A DNA stretch of 64,000 nt from NCBI GenBank assembly GCA_019352195.1, contig JACAFG010000003.1, forward strand, positions 64,956-128,955, given 5' to 3'. Origin of the DNA: Candidatus Saccharimonadota bacterium. GTDB taxonomy: Bacteria > Patescibacteriota > Saccharimonadia > UBA4664. The position numbers were made by a program, and so were the translations under genes. The stretch's first letter is position 1, and every line of letters begins with the position of its first letter. Positions 14,389 to 22,225 of the stretch are shown here, piece by piece. The notes below the pieces were generated by a model that was given only the letters and a program-made list of their open reading frames with translations, did not search any database and had not been told where the DNA came from.

Positions 14389-15009
14389 CTACTTCGCTTT
14401 TTTGACATCGGTGGCAGTTTGAACAACGTGATCGATGAGACCGTACTTTTTGCTTTCATCGGCGCTCATCCAGTAATCGCGGTCGGTGTCGTGGTGGATG
14501 ATGTCGAGCGGCTTGCCGGTGGCGTCGGCCAGGAGCTGATCGAGCGTACCGCGGGCTTTGAGGACTTCACGAGCCGTAATTTCAATATCACTTGGAGTGC
14601 CTTCAAAACCAGCCGAACCCTGATGAATCATGATGCGCGAGTGAGGCAAGCTGTAGCGCTTGCCTTTAGCACCGGCGCCCAGTAGAACCGCGCCCATAGA
14701 GGCGGCCATACCGATACAAATCGTTGAAACGTCGGGCTTTACCAGGTTCATCGTATCCAAAATTGCCAAACCCGCGTAGACGGACCCGCCGGGTGAATTG
14801 ATGTAGAGCTTAATGTCGGCATCTTTGTCTTCGCTCTCGAGAAATAACAGCTGCGCCACAATGAGGTTGGCGACAGTGTCATCAACGCCGGTACCAAGAA
14901 AAATAATCCGCTCTTTAAGCAAGCGAGAATAGATGTCGTAGGCTCGTTCACCGCCGGCGGTCTTTTCGATGACGGTTGGGACCAAGATTGAGTTCATAGG
15001 GTTGGTCAT
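14389..15009 (-). CDS. clpP: ATP-dependent Clp protease proteolytic subunit
   Basis: Catalytic Ser in GMAASMGA, plus His (MIHQ) and Asp. 206 aa. SD AGGAG lies upstream. Confidence 0.95.
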   Translation of the reverse strand: MTNPMNSILVPTVIEKTAGGERAYDIYSRLLKERIIFLGTGVDDTVANLIVAQLLFLESEDKDADIKLYINSPGGSVYAGLAILDTMNLVKPDVSTICIGMAASMGAVLLGAGAKGKRYSLPHSRIMIHQGSAGFEGTPSDIEITAREVLKARGTLDQLLADATGKPLDIIHHDTDRDYWMSADESKKYGLIDHVVQTATDVKKAK

Positions 15010-15049
15010 AGGGGTTATCTCCTAGTAATCGAATTAATCTAAGACTATT

Positions 15050-15076
15050 TTAGCACTCAATGGCATTGAGTGCTAA
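15050..15076. promoter_or_regulatory. CIRCE element (HrcA operator), perfect consensus TTAGCACTC-N9-GAGTGCTAA, upstream of clpP
   Basis: TTAGCACTC at 15050-15058 and GAGTGCTAA at 15068-15076. It overlaps a candidate minus-strand promoter (-35 TTAGCA, -10 TAAAAT). Confidence 0.75.
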
Positions 15077-15133
15077 CTATTAATCGCGAGCCTGCTTGGA
15101 CAGCTGTTGCCTTAACCAATCGTTTTGTTTGGA

Positions 15134-15748
15134 TTACAGCTTGACTCCAAGCTTGGTGAGTTGCGCTTTAAGCTGGGCTAGGTTTTCGAACACAATCGGC
15201 CGAACTCCAATAAATTCTACCCCTGCCAGACTTGCCTGACGATCGTCCGTAAAAATCAGCTCGTGCGTGTCGACGCCAAGTTGGCCCGCAAACAGGCGGT
15301 ATAAATTGGGGTCCGGTTTGGCCAAGCCAACGTCGCCTGAGAGCATTACCACATCAAAATGGTTCGGCACACCTGCGGCGCGCATGCCTTCATCCCAAGG
15401 TGTTTCGGGCGCCAAGTTGCTGAGGAGCCCAGTTTTGTAACCTGCCGCACGGACTTTGTCGACAAAGGCAAGCATTTCGGGGTCGACTACGGGCAAATCA
15501 GCGGCAGCAGCGGCAAGGATCTTATCGATCTGGCCTGAGGCGTCTAATTCACTCGCAACGGCCGACCAGAGCTGATCTTTAGTGATGGATCCGACCTGAA
15601 AACCAGCGTTGTGCTGGCCATAAACGGCTTTGACTTCATCGAACGAGTGCCCCGTGATCTCACCCACTACATCAAAAATACTCGGGCCATTCAGGTGAGC
15701 CGTGACACCAATGTAATCGAACCCAACTGCCTTAATATCCATAACCAC
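15134..15748 (-). CDS. HAD-superfamily hydrolase-like protein (motif I deviant: D-Y-I instead of D-x-D)
   Basis: Motifs II (SNL), III (K...DPN) and IV (FTDD) are present. The first motif reads FDYIGV. Confidence 0.75.
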   Translation of the reverse strand: MVMDIKAVGFDYIGVTAHLNGPSIFDVVGEITGHSFDEVKAVYGQHNAGFQVGSITKDQLWSAVASELDASGQIDKILAAAAADLPVVDPEMLAFVDKVRAAGYKTGLLSNLAPETPWDEGMRAAGVPNHFDVVMLSGDVGLAKPDPNLYRLFAGQLGVDTHELIFTDDRQASLAGVEFIGVRPIVFENLAQLKAQLTKLGVKL

Positions 15749-15769
15749 CTTTCTGATAGCGTGCAGGTA

Positions 15770-17053
15770 TTACTCGGACTGTTCTGCAAAGCTAACGAGC
15801 TTGCCAATAACCCGGGAGGCCATGAGGTGGTTGTACACCTCTTCGCGCGTCTCCGGGCGATCGAGTTCGGCCCTGGTGGCCTCGTCCTTGTACTGGACCT
15901 TCATGCGCTCGATTTCGTCATCGAGCTCTTTGGCGCTAAGGGTGATGTTTTCCGCGCTGGCAACTTCAGTCAGAATCATGGCCAGACCAACGCGGCGCTC
16001 GGCTTCGGGCTTGAGCTCTTCAGTGAGCTCATCCTCGGTTTTCTTGCTCATCTCGAGATATTTGGGCAAATCGAGGCCACTGTAGGCCAAGTTTTGCTCG
16101 AGCTCGGCGCGCAATCGTCGCAGCTGCTGATCGAGCAGGCTTTCGGGAATGCTAAATTTGGTCTCTTCAAGGAGCTTGGCCAACACTTGCTGCTCGTAGT
16201 CACGTGTGGCGGCTTCGGCTTTTTCACTCGACAGTCGGTCGGCGATATCGGCTTTCATCGCATCAACCGACTTAAATCCGCCAACCTTATCGGCCAGAAC
16301 GCTATCAACGGCGGGCAAAATCAGCTCTTTGACGCTATTGATTTTGACTTTGAAAGTCACAACTTGACCGGCTAACGTGCTCTCGTGATACTCATCGGGG
16401 AAACGAATATCAAAGCTCTTTTCATCACCTTTTTTCATGCCAATGAGCTCGTCTTCAAAGCCGGGAATGAACAGGCCCGAACCAATAACCAGGGTTTGGT
16501 CTTTGGCGGAAGCACCGCGGACTGGCTGGCCGTCTTTCGTACCGTCGAAGTCAAAGACGACTTCATCGTCAGCTTCGATGGCGCGATCGGTGTCGAGGCG
16601 AACTGCCTCGCGGCGGCGTAGGTCGGTAATGGTCTGTTCAACCTCGGCTGGGTCTACGGCAATAACCGGGCGCTTAATACGTATATCCTGGTACTTGGGC
16701 AAGGTGAACTTCGGCATGAGCTCGACCGTGACTTTGTACTCTAGTTCCGTGTAGGGCACAAATTTATCGATCTGAACCTGCGGCGGAGCTACGATCGGCA
16801 GATTTTCAGCTTTTACGGCTTCACTGTAGCTTTCCTGAACCGCGTGCTCTAAGACCTCGTTTTGCACTAAGGCCGAACCTAAATCGCGCTCCACGATATG
16901 ATCCGGCGCTTTACCGGGGCGAAAACCGGCAGCTTTTACCCGCGGACGCAGGTCGTTAAGAACGTGCGCCACAATAGGCTTAAGTTTGGCTTCGTTAAGG
17001 CTAATTGTTAGCTGGGCCTGATTTTCGGTTCGTGAGGTAAGCTTGGTTTCCAT
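15770..17053 (-). CDS. tig: Trigger factor
   Basis: 427 aa with a ribosome-binding N-domain motif (GFRPGKAP), a PPIase middle domain and a C-terminal chaperone domain. Confidence 0.92.
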   Translation of the reverse strand: METKLTSRTENQAQLTISLNEAKLKPIVAHVLNDLRPRVKAAGFRPGKAPDHIVERDLGSALVQNEVLEHAVQESYSEAVKAENLPIVAPPQVQIDKFVPYTELEYKVTVELMPKFTLPKYQDIRIKRPVIAVDPAEVEQTITDLRRREAVRLDTDRAIEADDEVVFDFDGTKDGQPVRGASAKDQTLVIGSGLFIPGFEDELIGMKKGDEKSFDIRFPDEYHESTLAGQVVTFKVKINSVKELILPAVDSVLADKVGGFKSVDAMKADIADRLSSEKAEAATRDYEQQVLAKLLEETKFSIPESLLDQQLRRLRAELEQNLAYSGLDLPKYLEMSKKTEDELTEELKPEAERRVGLAMILTEVASAENITLSAKELDDEIERMKVQYKDEATRAELDRPETREEVYNHLMASRVIGKLVSFAEQSE

Positions 17054-17123
17054 AGGCTCCTAGGCTAGCATATCTAGCCGCGATTGTCATCGGTTGCTAC
17101 GTTCGGAACGCCAAAAATACCCT

Positions 17124-17166
17124 CAAACGAAGAACACCCTCGTCAAACCGTAGCCTGACGAGGGTG
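17124..17166 (-). terminator. Rho-independent terminator of the tRNA transcription unit
   Basis: Perfect 11-bp stem caccctcgtca/tgacgagggtg (17135-17166) followed on the minus strand by TTCTTCGTTT. Confidence 0.6.
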
Positions 17167-17292
17167 CGAACGAGCTGGACGTGGGGCATTTGAATAGTAA
17201 GAGGCGACACCAGCTTTACCAGGTGGACGCGGTTAAGCCATGGTCGCCGGCTACTGATGTGCTGAGGTGCAGTCTCAACACATCCTCGATCG

Positions 17293-17366
17293 AGCGGACG
17301 AAGGGACTCGAACCCCCCAACCGCCACTTCGACGAAGTGGTGCTCATCCAATTGAGCTTCATCCGC
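17293..17366 (-). tRNA. tRNA-Asp (anticodon GTC)
   Basis: Manual cloverleaf: 7-bp acceptor (GCGGATG/CGTCCGC), GCTC/GAGC D-stem, anticodon loop TCGTCGA, T-loop TTCGAGT. Position 33 is C, which is unusual. No CCA encoded. Confidence 0.6.
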
Positions 17367-17467
17367 AGCGAACCTGCGTAGCAAACTTCGAAACGAGAGC
17401 AAATTTGACCGCTAACGCCATTAAAACCGGAGGCAATTAGCAGTAATACGAACTTCGTTCCCTCGGC

Positions 17468-17538
17468 TGGACTTGAACCAGCAACCATCAGGAGCGCAGT
17501 CTGATGCTCTACCTTGAGCTACGAGGGATAAGCATCGC
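17468..17538 (-). tRNA. tRNA, probably Arg (anticodon GCG), with atypical features
   Basis: Arg-type D-arm TAGCTCAAGGTAGAGCA and T-arm GCTGG-TTCAAGT-CCAGC. Acceptor pair 1-72 is U-A and there is an A31-C39 mismatch. Anticodon assignment is tentative. Confidence 0.45.
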
Positions 17539-17691
17539 GAGGATGCTAGGGTAAAACGTTCACCAGACCAACTTCGGTCCTAACGTCTGACTGCGGCCGG
17601 CACCTAATGCGCCTGCTTGTCAGCTTGATCGGGATGTAGTTAGTGTGGATTGATCTTTGTTCGAAACGAGCGTGCGTCGAACAACTCGACT

Positions 17692-17720
17692 ACTTTAGCT
17701 GTTCGGTACTACTTGGTCAA
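17692..17720 (-). promoter_or_regulatory. Candidate promoter for the tRNA operon: -35 TTGACC, 17-nt spacer, -10 TAAAGT (minus strand)
   Basis: Hexamers read on the reverse complement, about 150 nt upstream of the first tRNA. Confidence 0.35.
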
Positions 17721-17724
17721 GCCT

Positions 17725-17765
17725 AAAAACGAGAAGACCCCGCCACGGCCCAAGCCGTGACGGGG
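17725..17765 (-). terminator. Terminator of the small-ORF array
   Basis: Hairpin ccccgccacggc...gccgtgacgggg (one mismatch) followed on the minus strand by TCTTCTCGTTTTT. Confidence 0.55.
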
Positions 17766-17801
17766 TCTGGTGAACTCGGGCGACGAACTCGATAAGGATC
17801 G

Positions 17802-17918
17802 TCAGATCAGCTTGCAGCGGTGGCCGCGCTTGACCGGCTGACTCGGGCGAGGCAGCGGTTCGCCAATGACACCGCGGCGCGGAGCGCCCGGCTTCTTGCC
17901 AAAATCCCAGAGGACCAT
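17802..17918 (-). CDS. Small ORF 3 (38 aa), third member of a paralogous small-protein array
   Basis: SD-like GAAAGG lies 8 nt before the ATG. N-terminus VLWDFGKKPG resembles GLFDFFGSTG of ORF 2. Below the ORF-track size cutoff. Confidence 0.3.
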   Translation of the reverse strand: MVLWDFGKKPGAPRRGVIGEPLPRPSQPVKRGHRCKLI

Positions 17919-17976
17919 TCGGGACGCCTTTCTGGAAGTCGGTGACGACGAGGGTTCTCGTCGCCAGCTGATGCGA

Positions 17977-18177
17977 TCAGTGACCGGTCACTGATCGGTG
18001 CCGTTTGAGCTTGGCGGCGGAGTCGAACTTCTTGCTGCACGACGATTTGGGACACGCGAACGCCACGGCCCGGCCGGTGATGGCACTGGTTCTGACCTTG
18101 GCCGCGGGAGAAATGAGACTTCCCGACGGGCGACCGGAACTGGTTCCCGTGCTTCCGAAGAAATCGAACAATCCCAT
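17977..18177 (-). CDS. Small ORF 2 (66 aa), CP-x3-CS-x2-F motif, C-x4-C-x12-H-x5-H pattern
   Basis: SD AGGGAG lies 6 nt upstream. The stop codon is embedded in a perfect 22-bp palindrome GATCAGTGACCGGTCACTGATC (17974-17995). Confidence 0.45.
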   Translation of the reverse strand: MGLFDFFGSTGTSSGRPSGSLISPAAKVRTSAITGRAVAFACPKSSCSKKFDSAAKLKRHRSVTGH

Positions 18178-18231
18178 GACTTACTCCCTAGAGAATCGGT
18201 GGAAATGCGGAGGGTACTGCGACCTGACGCG

Positions 18232-18435
18232 TCAGACGCGCCAGATACTTCGGGGCTTGGCGCCGTGCGCGGCCGCCAAGTGCTGTTCCAGCCTGATTTT
18301 GTCGATGCGTGCGCTCGTGCCGGGGCCGCCAAAATGCGCGGAACACGGTTGGCGAGGGCACATCTTCGACGGTGGATACGGCGTGTTTGACGCGGGCCGA
18401 AAAATTCCGCCCATCAAGCCGTCGAGCCAATTCAT
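18232..18435 (-). CDS. Small ORF 1 (67 aa), paralog of ORF 2 (motifs CPRQPCSAHF versus CPKSSCSKKF)
   Basis: SD GGGAGG lies 5 nt upstream of the ATG. The stop overlaps the 12-bp palindrome CTGACGCGTCAG. Confidence 0.45.
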   Translation of the reverse strand: MNWLDGLMGGIFRPASNTPYPPSKMCPRQPCSAHFGGPGTSARIDKIRLEQHLAAAHGAKPRSIWRV

Positions 18436-18458
18436 AAAAACCTCCCGAAAGTAGGAGT

Positions 18459-18482
18459 CCCCGGCGGCGCATGCCGCCGGGG
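18459..18482. terminator. GC-rich hairpin ccccggcggc-gcat-gccgccgggg, 15 nt 3' of the hydrolase gene
   Basis: Perfect 10-bp stem. The T-tract is not adjacent (GGTTTTTAT lies 20 nt downstream on the minus strand), so it may be a terminator or attenuator. Confidence 0.45.
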
Positions 18483-18496
18483 ACTTGACTGGGTAC

Positions 18497-21346
18497 TTAC
18501 TTACCGCCGCCCTGCGCCTTCCACGCGTAGGGGTTGGCGAAGCCGATAAGCCCGCCCCAGGTGCTGACGGTACTTATTTTGACTACGTCGCCGCTCTGGG
18601 GGGCGCTAATCATCTTGTCGCCGCCGAGATAGATTCCGACGTGACCGGGATTACCGGGACCACCGTCTGCGCCCGTAAAGAATACCAGGAAACCTGGCTG
18701 GGCGTGAGCTTCGTCGTAGACGCGGTAGTTCGCCATGTTGACCCACTGGTCGTTGGCGACCTGACCGATGTTGGGCATCCCGATCTGTCCGAAGACATAC
18801 CGAGTGAGGCCTGAACAGTCGAAACCGACGATATTGCAGTCGTTCTGGGCACCGTTAGGTCCACAAATGCCCGTGGACGGTCCGTTGACGCCGCCGCCGC
18901 CCCAAGAATAGTTCGTACCGAGCTCGGTTTTGGCAACAGCGATGACCTTAGCAGGATCACCGCCGGCGGCGGTGATCAGTTGACCCAGCACACCACCTTG
19001 ACCGGGGGAACCAGTGTCAGTGGTGCAGTTGGGGTCGGGTGTGGGACCGGAACCTCCACCGCCAAGCGCTTGGGCAAGATGCACTACTTGGTCGGCGTAG
19101 AGCTGGTAGACGTACTGGAACCTAGACGGGTCAGGGTTGCGAATACCCCCGCCGTAGCCGAAATCTTTTTGGCCATTGTACTGCTCGGCGGCTGCTCGCA
19201 GCGCCGCCATATTGGCGCCAACTCTCGCCCCGTCGTGGCCAATGTAGTTGGCCTCAGCGTAGGCTTCATCCGTGAAGTTGTTGATATCCGGATGACCCGG
19301 GACGGCGTAGGCCGCCCAGGCAGCTGGACCGAACTGAAACGGGCCCGTGAACCCGGGTTGTTGCGGCCACTCCCCCGTTGTCCCATAGGTGGCGAGGTGC
19401 CACTCGGGACTGGTGGTGGTCAGACTACTGAAGGCCGAGGGGTTGTGGTTGCTGTCGTAGTACTTGTACTCGAACGTGAAGCCATTTTGCTCAGTTAGAT
19501 ACATCGTCGCGACCGCTACCGGGGGAACATTTTCGGCTTTGGCAGCAGCAATCATGATCGAGCGCAGCGGCTCCGGTACCATCTTGGCATCAAGACCGCC
19601 AGGAATGGCACCCGTGGGACTGGTGAGACTACCCACCACGCCAGTGGTAGTTGTGCTTGGCGACGTGGTGGGAGCCGGCTTAGGCAGGGCTTGGATCAAG
19701 CCAAACTGCCACTTCTCGGCGAGCACGTGGCTATCGTCAACCTTGGTGGTAAGCGACTGAGCCAGTGCAAAATCAGCGGCAAACTCGTCGGACGAGCTGA
19801 CGTTGAACAGGGCTAGATCGGCCCCGGCGTTGAGCGAATCGGCGATGCGCTGACCCACCGGGCCAGTGCCAGCGCCCACCATTCCTCCGAGTTCATCGGT
19901 GATGGCGAGCCCTGAAAAACCGGTGACGTTACGCAGGTACGCGTAGGCGGCTGGACTCTCACTGGCGGGTTTACCGCTTGTGAGACCTGGAACGCTGAGA
20001 TGCCCCACCATAACCGACAAATTCTTGGTGCCGGCGAGGGTCTTAAAGGGCACTTCGTCAACGGTTGCCATTTGGGACTGGGGCGGGGTTACCGGCAAGC
20101 TGGTGTGCGAGTCGGCAGTGGTTCGCCCGTGTCCGGGAAAGTGCTTTACGACCGCCAGAACCTTCTGGCTAGCGAGCCCCGCAATGAAGGGAGCCGCCGC
20201 CCGGGAAATGACGGTCGGACTGCTGGAAATACCCCGGTCATACTGTCCGATGACCGGATTTGACGCCACCTGGAGGTCGACACTGGGCGCGAAGTCCATG
20301 TTGACGCCGGCGGCGGCCAGTCCGGCGCCCAAACGGGCACCTTCCTGACGAGCCAGATCGGCGCTCATGCTGGCGAGATCACTCGCCCGCTTGCCCGTGG
20401 CTAAGCCGAACGAGTTCACGCTCGACGTGTATTCCTGGTCGGTGGCGATAAGCAGCGGCGTCTGGGCGGCGGCCTGGAAGGACTTGATGCCGCTTTTCAG
20501 GTCGGAACTCACTCGTCCAGGGCTACCACTGCTTGGCAGAAAGAACCCGGCGACGTTGGGCTCGAGAGCCAAAATCGCCAGACCAGTAGCCGTATTGGGA
20601 ACGCCCACAAACAAATGCTGGGCGAACTGATCGGCCGTGGTTTCGGTGGAAGCGGTAACAAACGTAACTGCCAGTCCGTTGGCCCGCATGGTCGCCACCG
20701 ATTTGGCATACGCCTTTTGGATGGCGGCTGCCGTTGGGGACGCCGGAAAATCAGCAATCCCCGTGGCCGCGTTATAAGCCGTCTCTTCGGCCGCTTTGCC
20801 GGGGTTCGTTGCCCACAACGTTGGATCAACGTTGTGGGCCGCGTTCACGTAGCGAGGCAGCTCGTAGTTGGTGGCCTGAGCGGCGTTGAGAGCCTGGGCA
20901 ATGGAAATGCCCGCGTTGGCCCCCGAACCCGGGTCATAGAGCTGATCGACTCCGTACGCTCCGGCACGCACCAGCTTGGGACTACTCCCGCTGGTAAGCT
21001 CGGCGCCTACCAGCATAGCGAGGGTGATGTCGGAATTACCCGACGTATCTTCGATGATGGCCTGGACCAGCGTGTCGGTGGCCGGCGCGGTGCCAAGGGT
21101 ACCTGGCGGAATCGCGTTCGGATTGGGACACGCTAGGCCACCGATAGGATCTCCGGACGCCCATTGGAGCAGCGCCGTGGAGACCTGCATGAGGTCGGCG
21201 GGATTACCGCTGAGAGCTCCGGCCACCACTTCGGCGCCGTTGATGACTTTCTGGGCGATCGTAACTATCCCGACCGTAATGAACAGGATGAAAGCGACCA
21301 CGACGGCCGCAATCTTCATTAACAGACTACGGCGCATGCCGCTCAC
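18497..21346 (-). CDS. Multi-domain secreted peptidoglycan hydrolase: GH3 beta-N-acetylglucosaminidase (NagZ-like) + central lysozyme/transglycosylase-like region + C-terminal NlpC/P60 endopeptidase
   Basis: N-terminal TM/signal. KHFPGHG GH3 motif. C-terminal DCSGL...HVGIY...(NlpC/P60 Cys-His). The real start is probably the ATG at 21337 (SD AGGAGGTGA). Confidence 0.85.
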   Translation of the reverse strand: MSGMRRSLLMKIAAVVVAFILFITVGIVTIAQKVINGAEVVAGALSGNPADLMQVSTALLQWASGDPIGGLACPNPNAIPPGTLGTAPATDTLVQAIIEDTSGNSDITLAMLVGAELTSGSSPKLVRAGAYGVDQLYDPGSGANAGISIAQALNAAQATNYELPRYVNAAHNVDPTLWATNPGKAAEETAYNAATGIADFPASPTAAAIQKAYAKSVATMRANGLAVTFVTASTETTADQFAQHLFVGVPNTATGLAILALEPNVAGFFLPSSGSPGRVSSDLKSGIKSFQAAAQTPLLIATDQEYTSSVNSFGLATGKRASDLASMSADLARQEGARLGAGLAAAGVNMDFAPSVDLQVASNPVIGQYDRGISSSPTVISRAAAPFIAGLASQKVLAVVKHFPGHGRTTADSHTSLPVTPPQSQMATVDEVPFKTLAGTKNLSVMVGHLSVPGLTSGKPASESPAAYAYLRNVTGFSGLAITDELGGMVGAGTGPVGQRIADSLNAGADLALFNVSSSDEFAADFALAQSLTTKVDDSHVLAEKWQFGLIQALPKPAPTTSPSTTTTGVVGSLTSPTGAIPGGLDAKMVPEPLRSIMIAAAKAENVPPVAVATMYLTEQNGFTFEYKYYDSNHNPSAFSSLTTTSPEWHLATYGTTGEWPQQPGFTGPFQFGPAAWAAYAVPGHPDINNFTDEAYAEANYIGHDGARVGANMAALRAAAEQYNGQKDFGYGGGIRNPDPSRFQYVYQLYADQVVHLAQALGGGGSGPTPDPNCTTDTGSPGQGGVLGQLITAAGGDPAKVIAVAKTELGTNYSWGGGGVNGPSTGICGPNGAQNDCNIVGFDCSGLTRYVFGQIGMPNIGQVANDQWVNMANYRVYDEAHAQPGFLVFFTGADGGPGNPGHVGIYLGGDKMISAPQSGDVVKISTVSTWGGLIGFANPYAWKAQGGGK

Positions 21347-21349
21347 CTC

Positions 21350-22225
21350 CTAAGGGTGAAACGAAGTTAGAGTCCACGTACCATCGTGGAACTCCCAGTC
21401 GGACACCGGCCAACTGGCCGATGATGGGGTGTTGGTGGCGTAATTCGGCGTCATGAGCACGCGTCCTTTTGCCGACACTTCCTGAAACGACACCGGCATC
21501 TTGACGTTCATCTGATTACCGATGAGGGTGAACTGTGCCACCTTAAGATCGATGGCAGCGTTGGTCATGGACACACCTGCGGCCTTGAGCTTGTTCAGCT
21601 CGGTGCCCATATCGGTACCGAGCGGGAGTCCCTCCAAAACGCTCGGAGGAACCACCGCAGGACCTAGCTTGGCGATCCGCGCCTGACGCGATGCGACATT
21701 GTCGGAGGGCAAAACTTGGTAGTAGGCGGCCACAAAGTTCTCCAGGTTGACCTTCAGCAAACGAGTATCCGGCGTCCCGGCCGGAAAACCGGCCGGGATT
21801 GACGGAATAACGATCGCTGGCAGAGTCGGCACTGTTGTATAGGCCTCGATAGGCGGCACTGGGGCGTCGCTCGCAAGCTCCGCACCCGAACTGACTGCCG
21901 CCGAACTGGCCGGCACCGAACTCGTTTGGGACGTGGACGATGCCGGCACGGTCGAAGCTTGGCTGTGCGACTTACCGAGCAGCGTAATAACAATCACCAC
22001 GGTGAAAACCGCGAAGAGAGCTGCTACAGCGATTCTGCCATACTGCAGCTCTCGCCAGTCGAAACGGCCAGACTGGCGATTGCGCTTGGGCTGCTCGGTG
22101 CTCATACCGTCACTCCCGTAGCTTCGTACAGACCCGACCGAACATAGCGCGGGTCGGTTTGTTCGGCAAACGGAACGCGGTCGACCATCTGGTCGTTGGA
22201 CGAGTTGGCGCCGATGATATCCCAC
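21350..22225 (-). CDS. Bitopic membrane protein (VirB8-like topology: cytoplasmic N-terminus, one TM, Ser/Thr-rich linker, extracytoplasmic domain)
   Basis: The likely start is the internal ATG at 22105, overlapping the upstream stop as ATGA. The stop lies inside the SD of the hydrolase gene. Confidence 0.6.
   Translation of the reverse strand: MGYHRRQLVQRPDGRPRSVCRTNRPALCSVGSVRSYGSDGMSTEQPKRNRQSGRFDWRELQYGRIAVAALFAVFTVVIVITLLGKSHSQASTVPASSTSQTSSVPASSAAVSSGAELASDAPVPPIEAYTTVPTLPAIVIPSIPAGFPAGTPDTRLLKVNLENFVAAYYQVLPSDNVASRQARIAKLGPAVVPPSVLEGLPLGTDMGTELNKLKAAGVSMTNAAIDLKVAQFTLIGNQMNVKMPVSFQEVSAKGRVLMTPNYATNTPSSASWPVSDWEFHDGTWTLTSFHP

Noticed and set aside
15611-16375. 254-aa + strand ORF
   Set aside because: Antisense to the tig and HAD genes. 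No RBS. Translation is Leu/Gly-rich mirror-frame noise.
17998-18454. Plus-strand ORFs 17998..18390 and 18005..18454 in the GC-rich patch
   Set aside because: No SD, whereas the minus strand carries three SD-led paralogous small ORFs and a terminator. The plus-strand ORFs are judged to be frame noise, though 18005..18454 ending at the hairpin keeps a small doubt.
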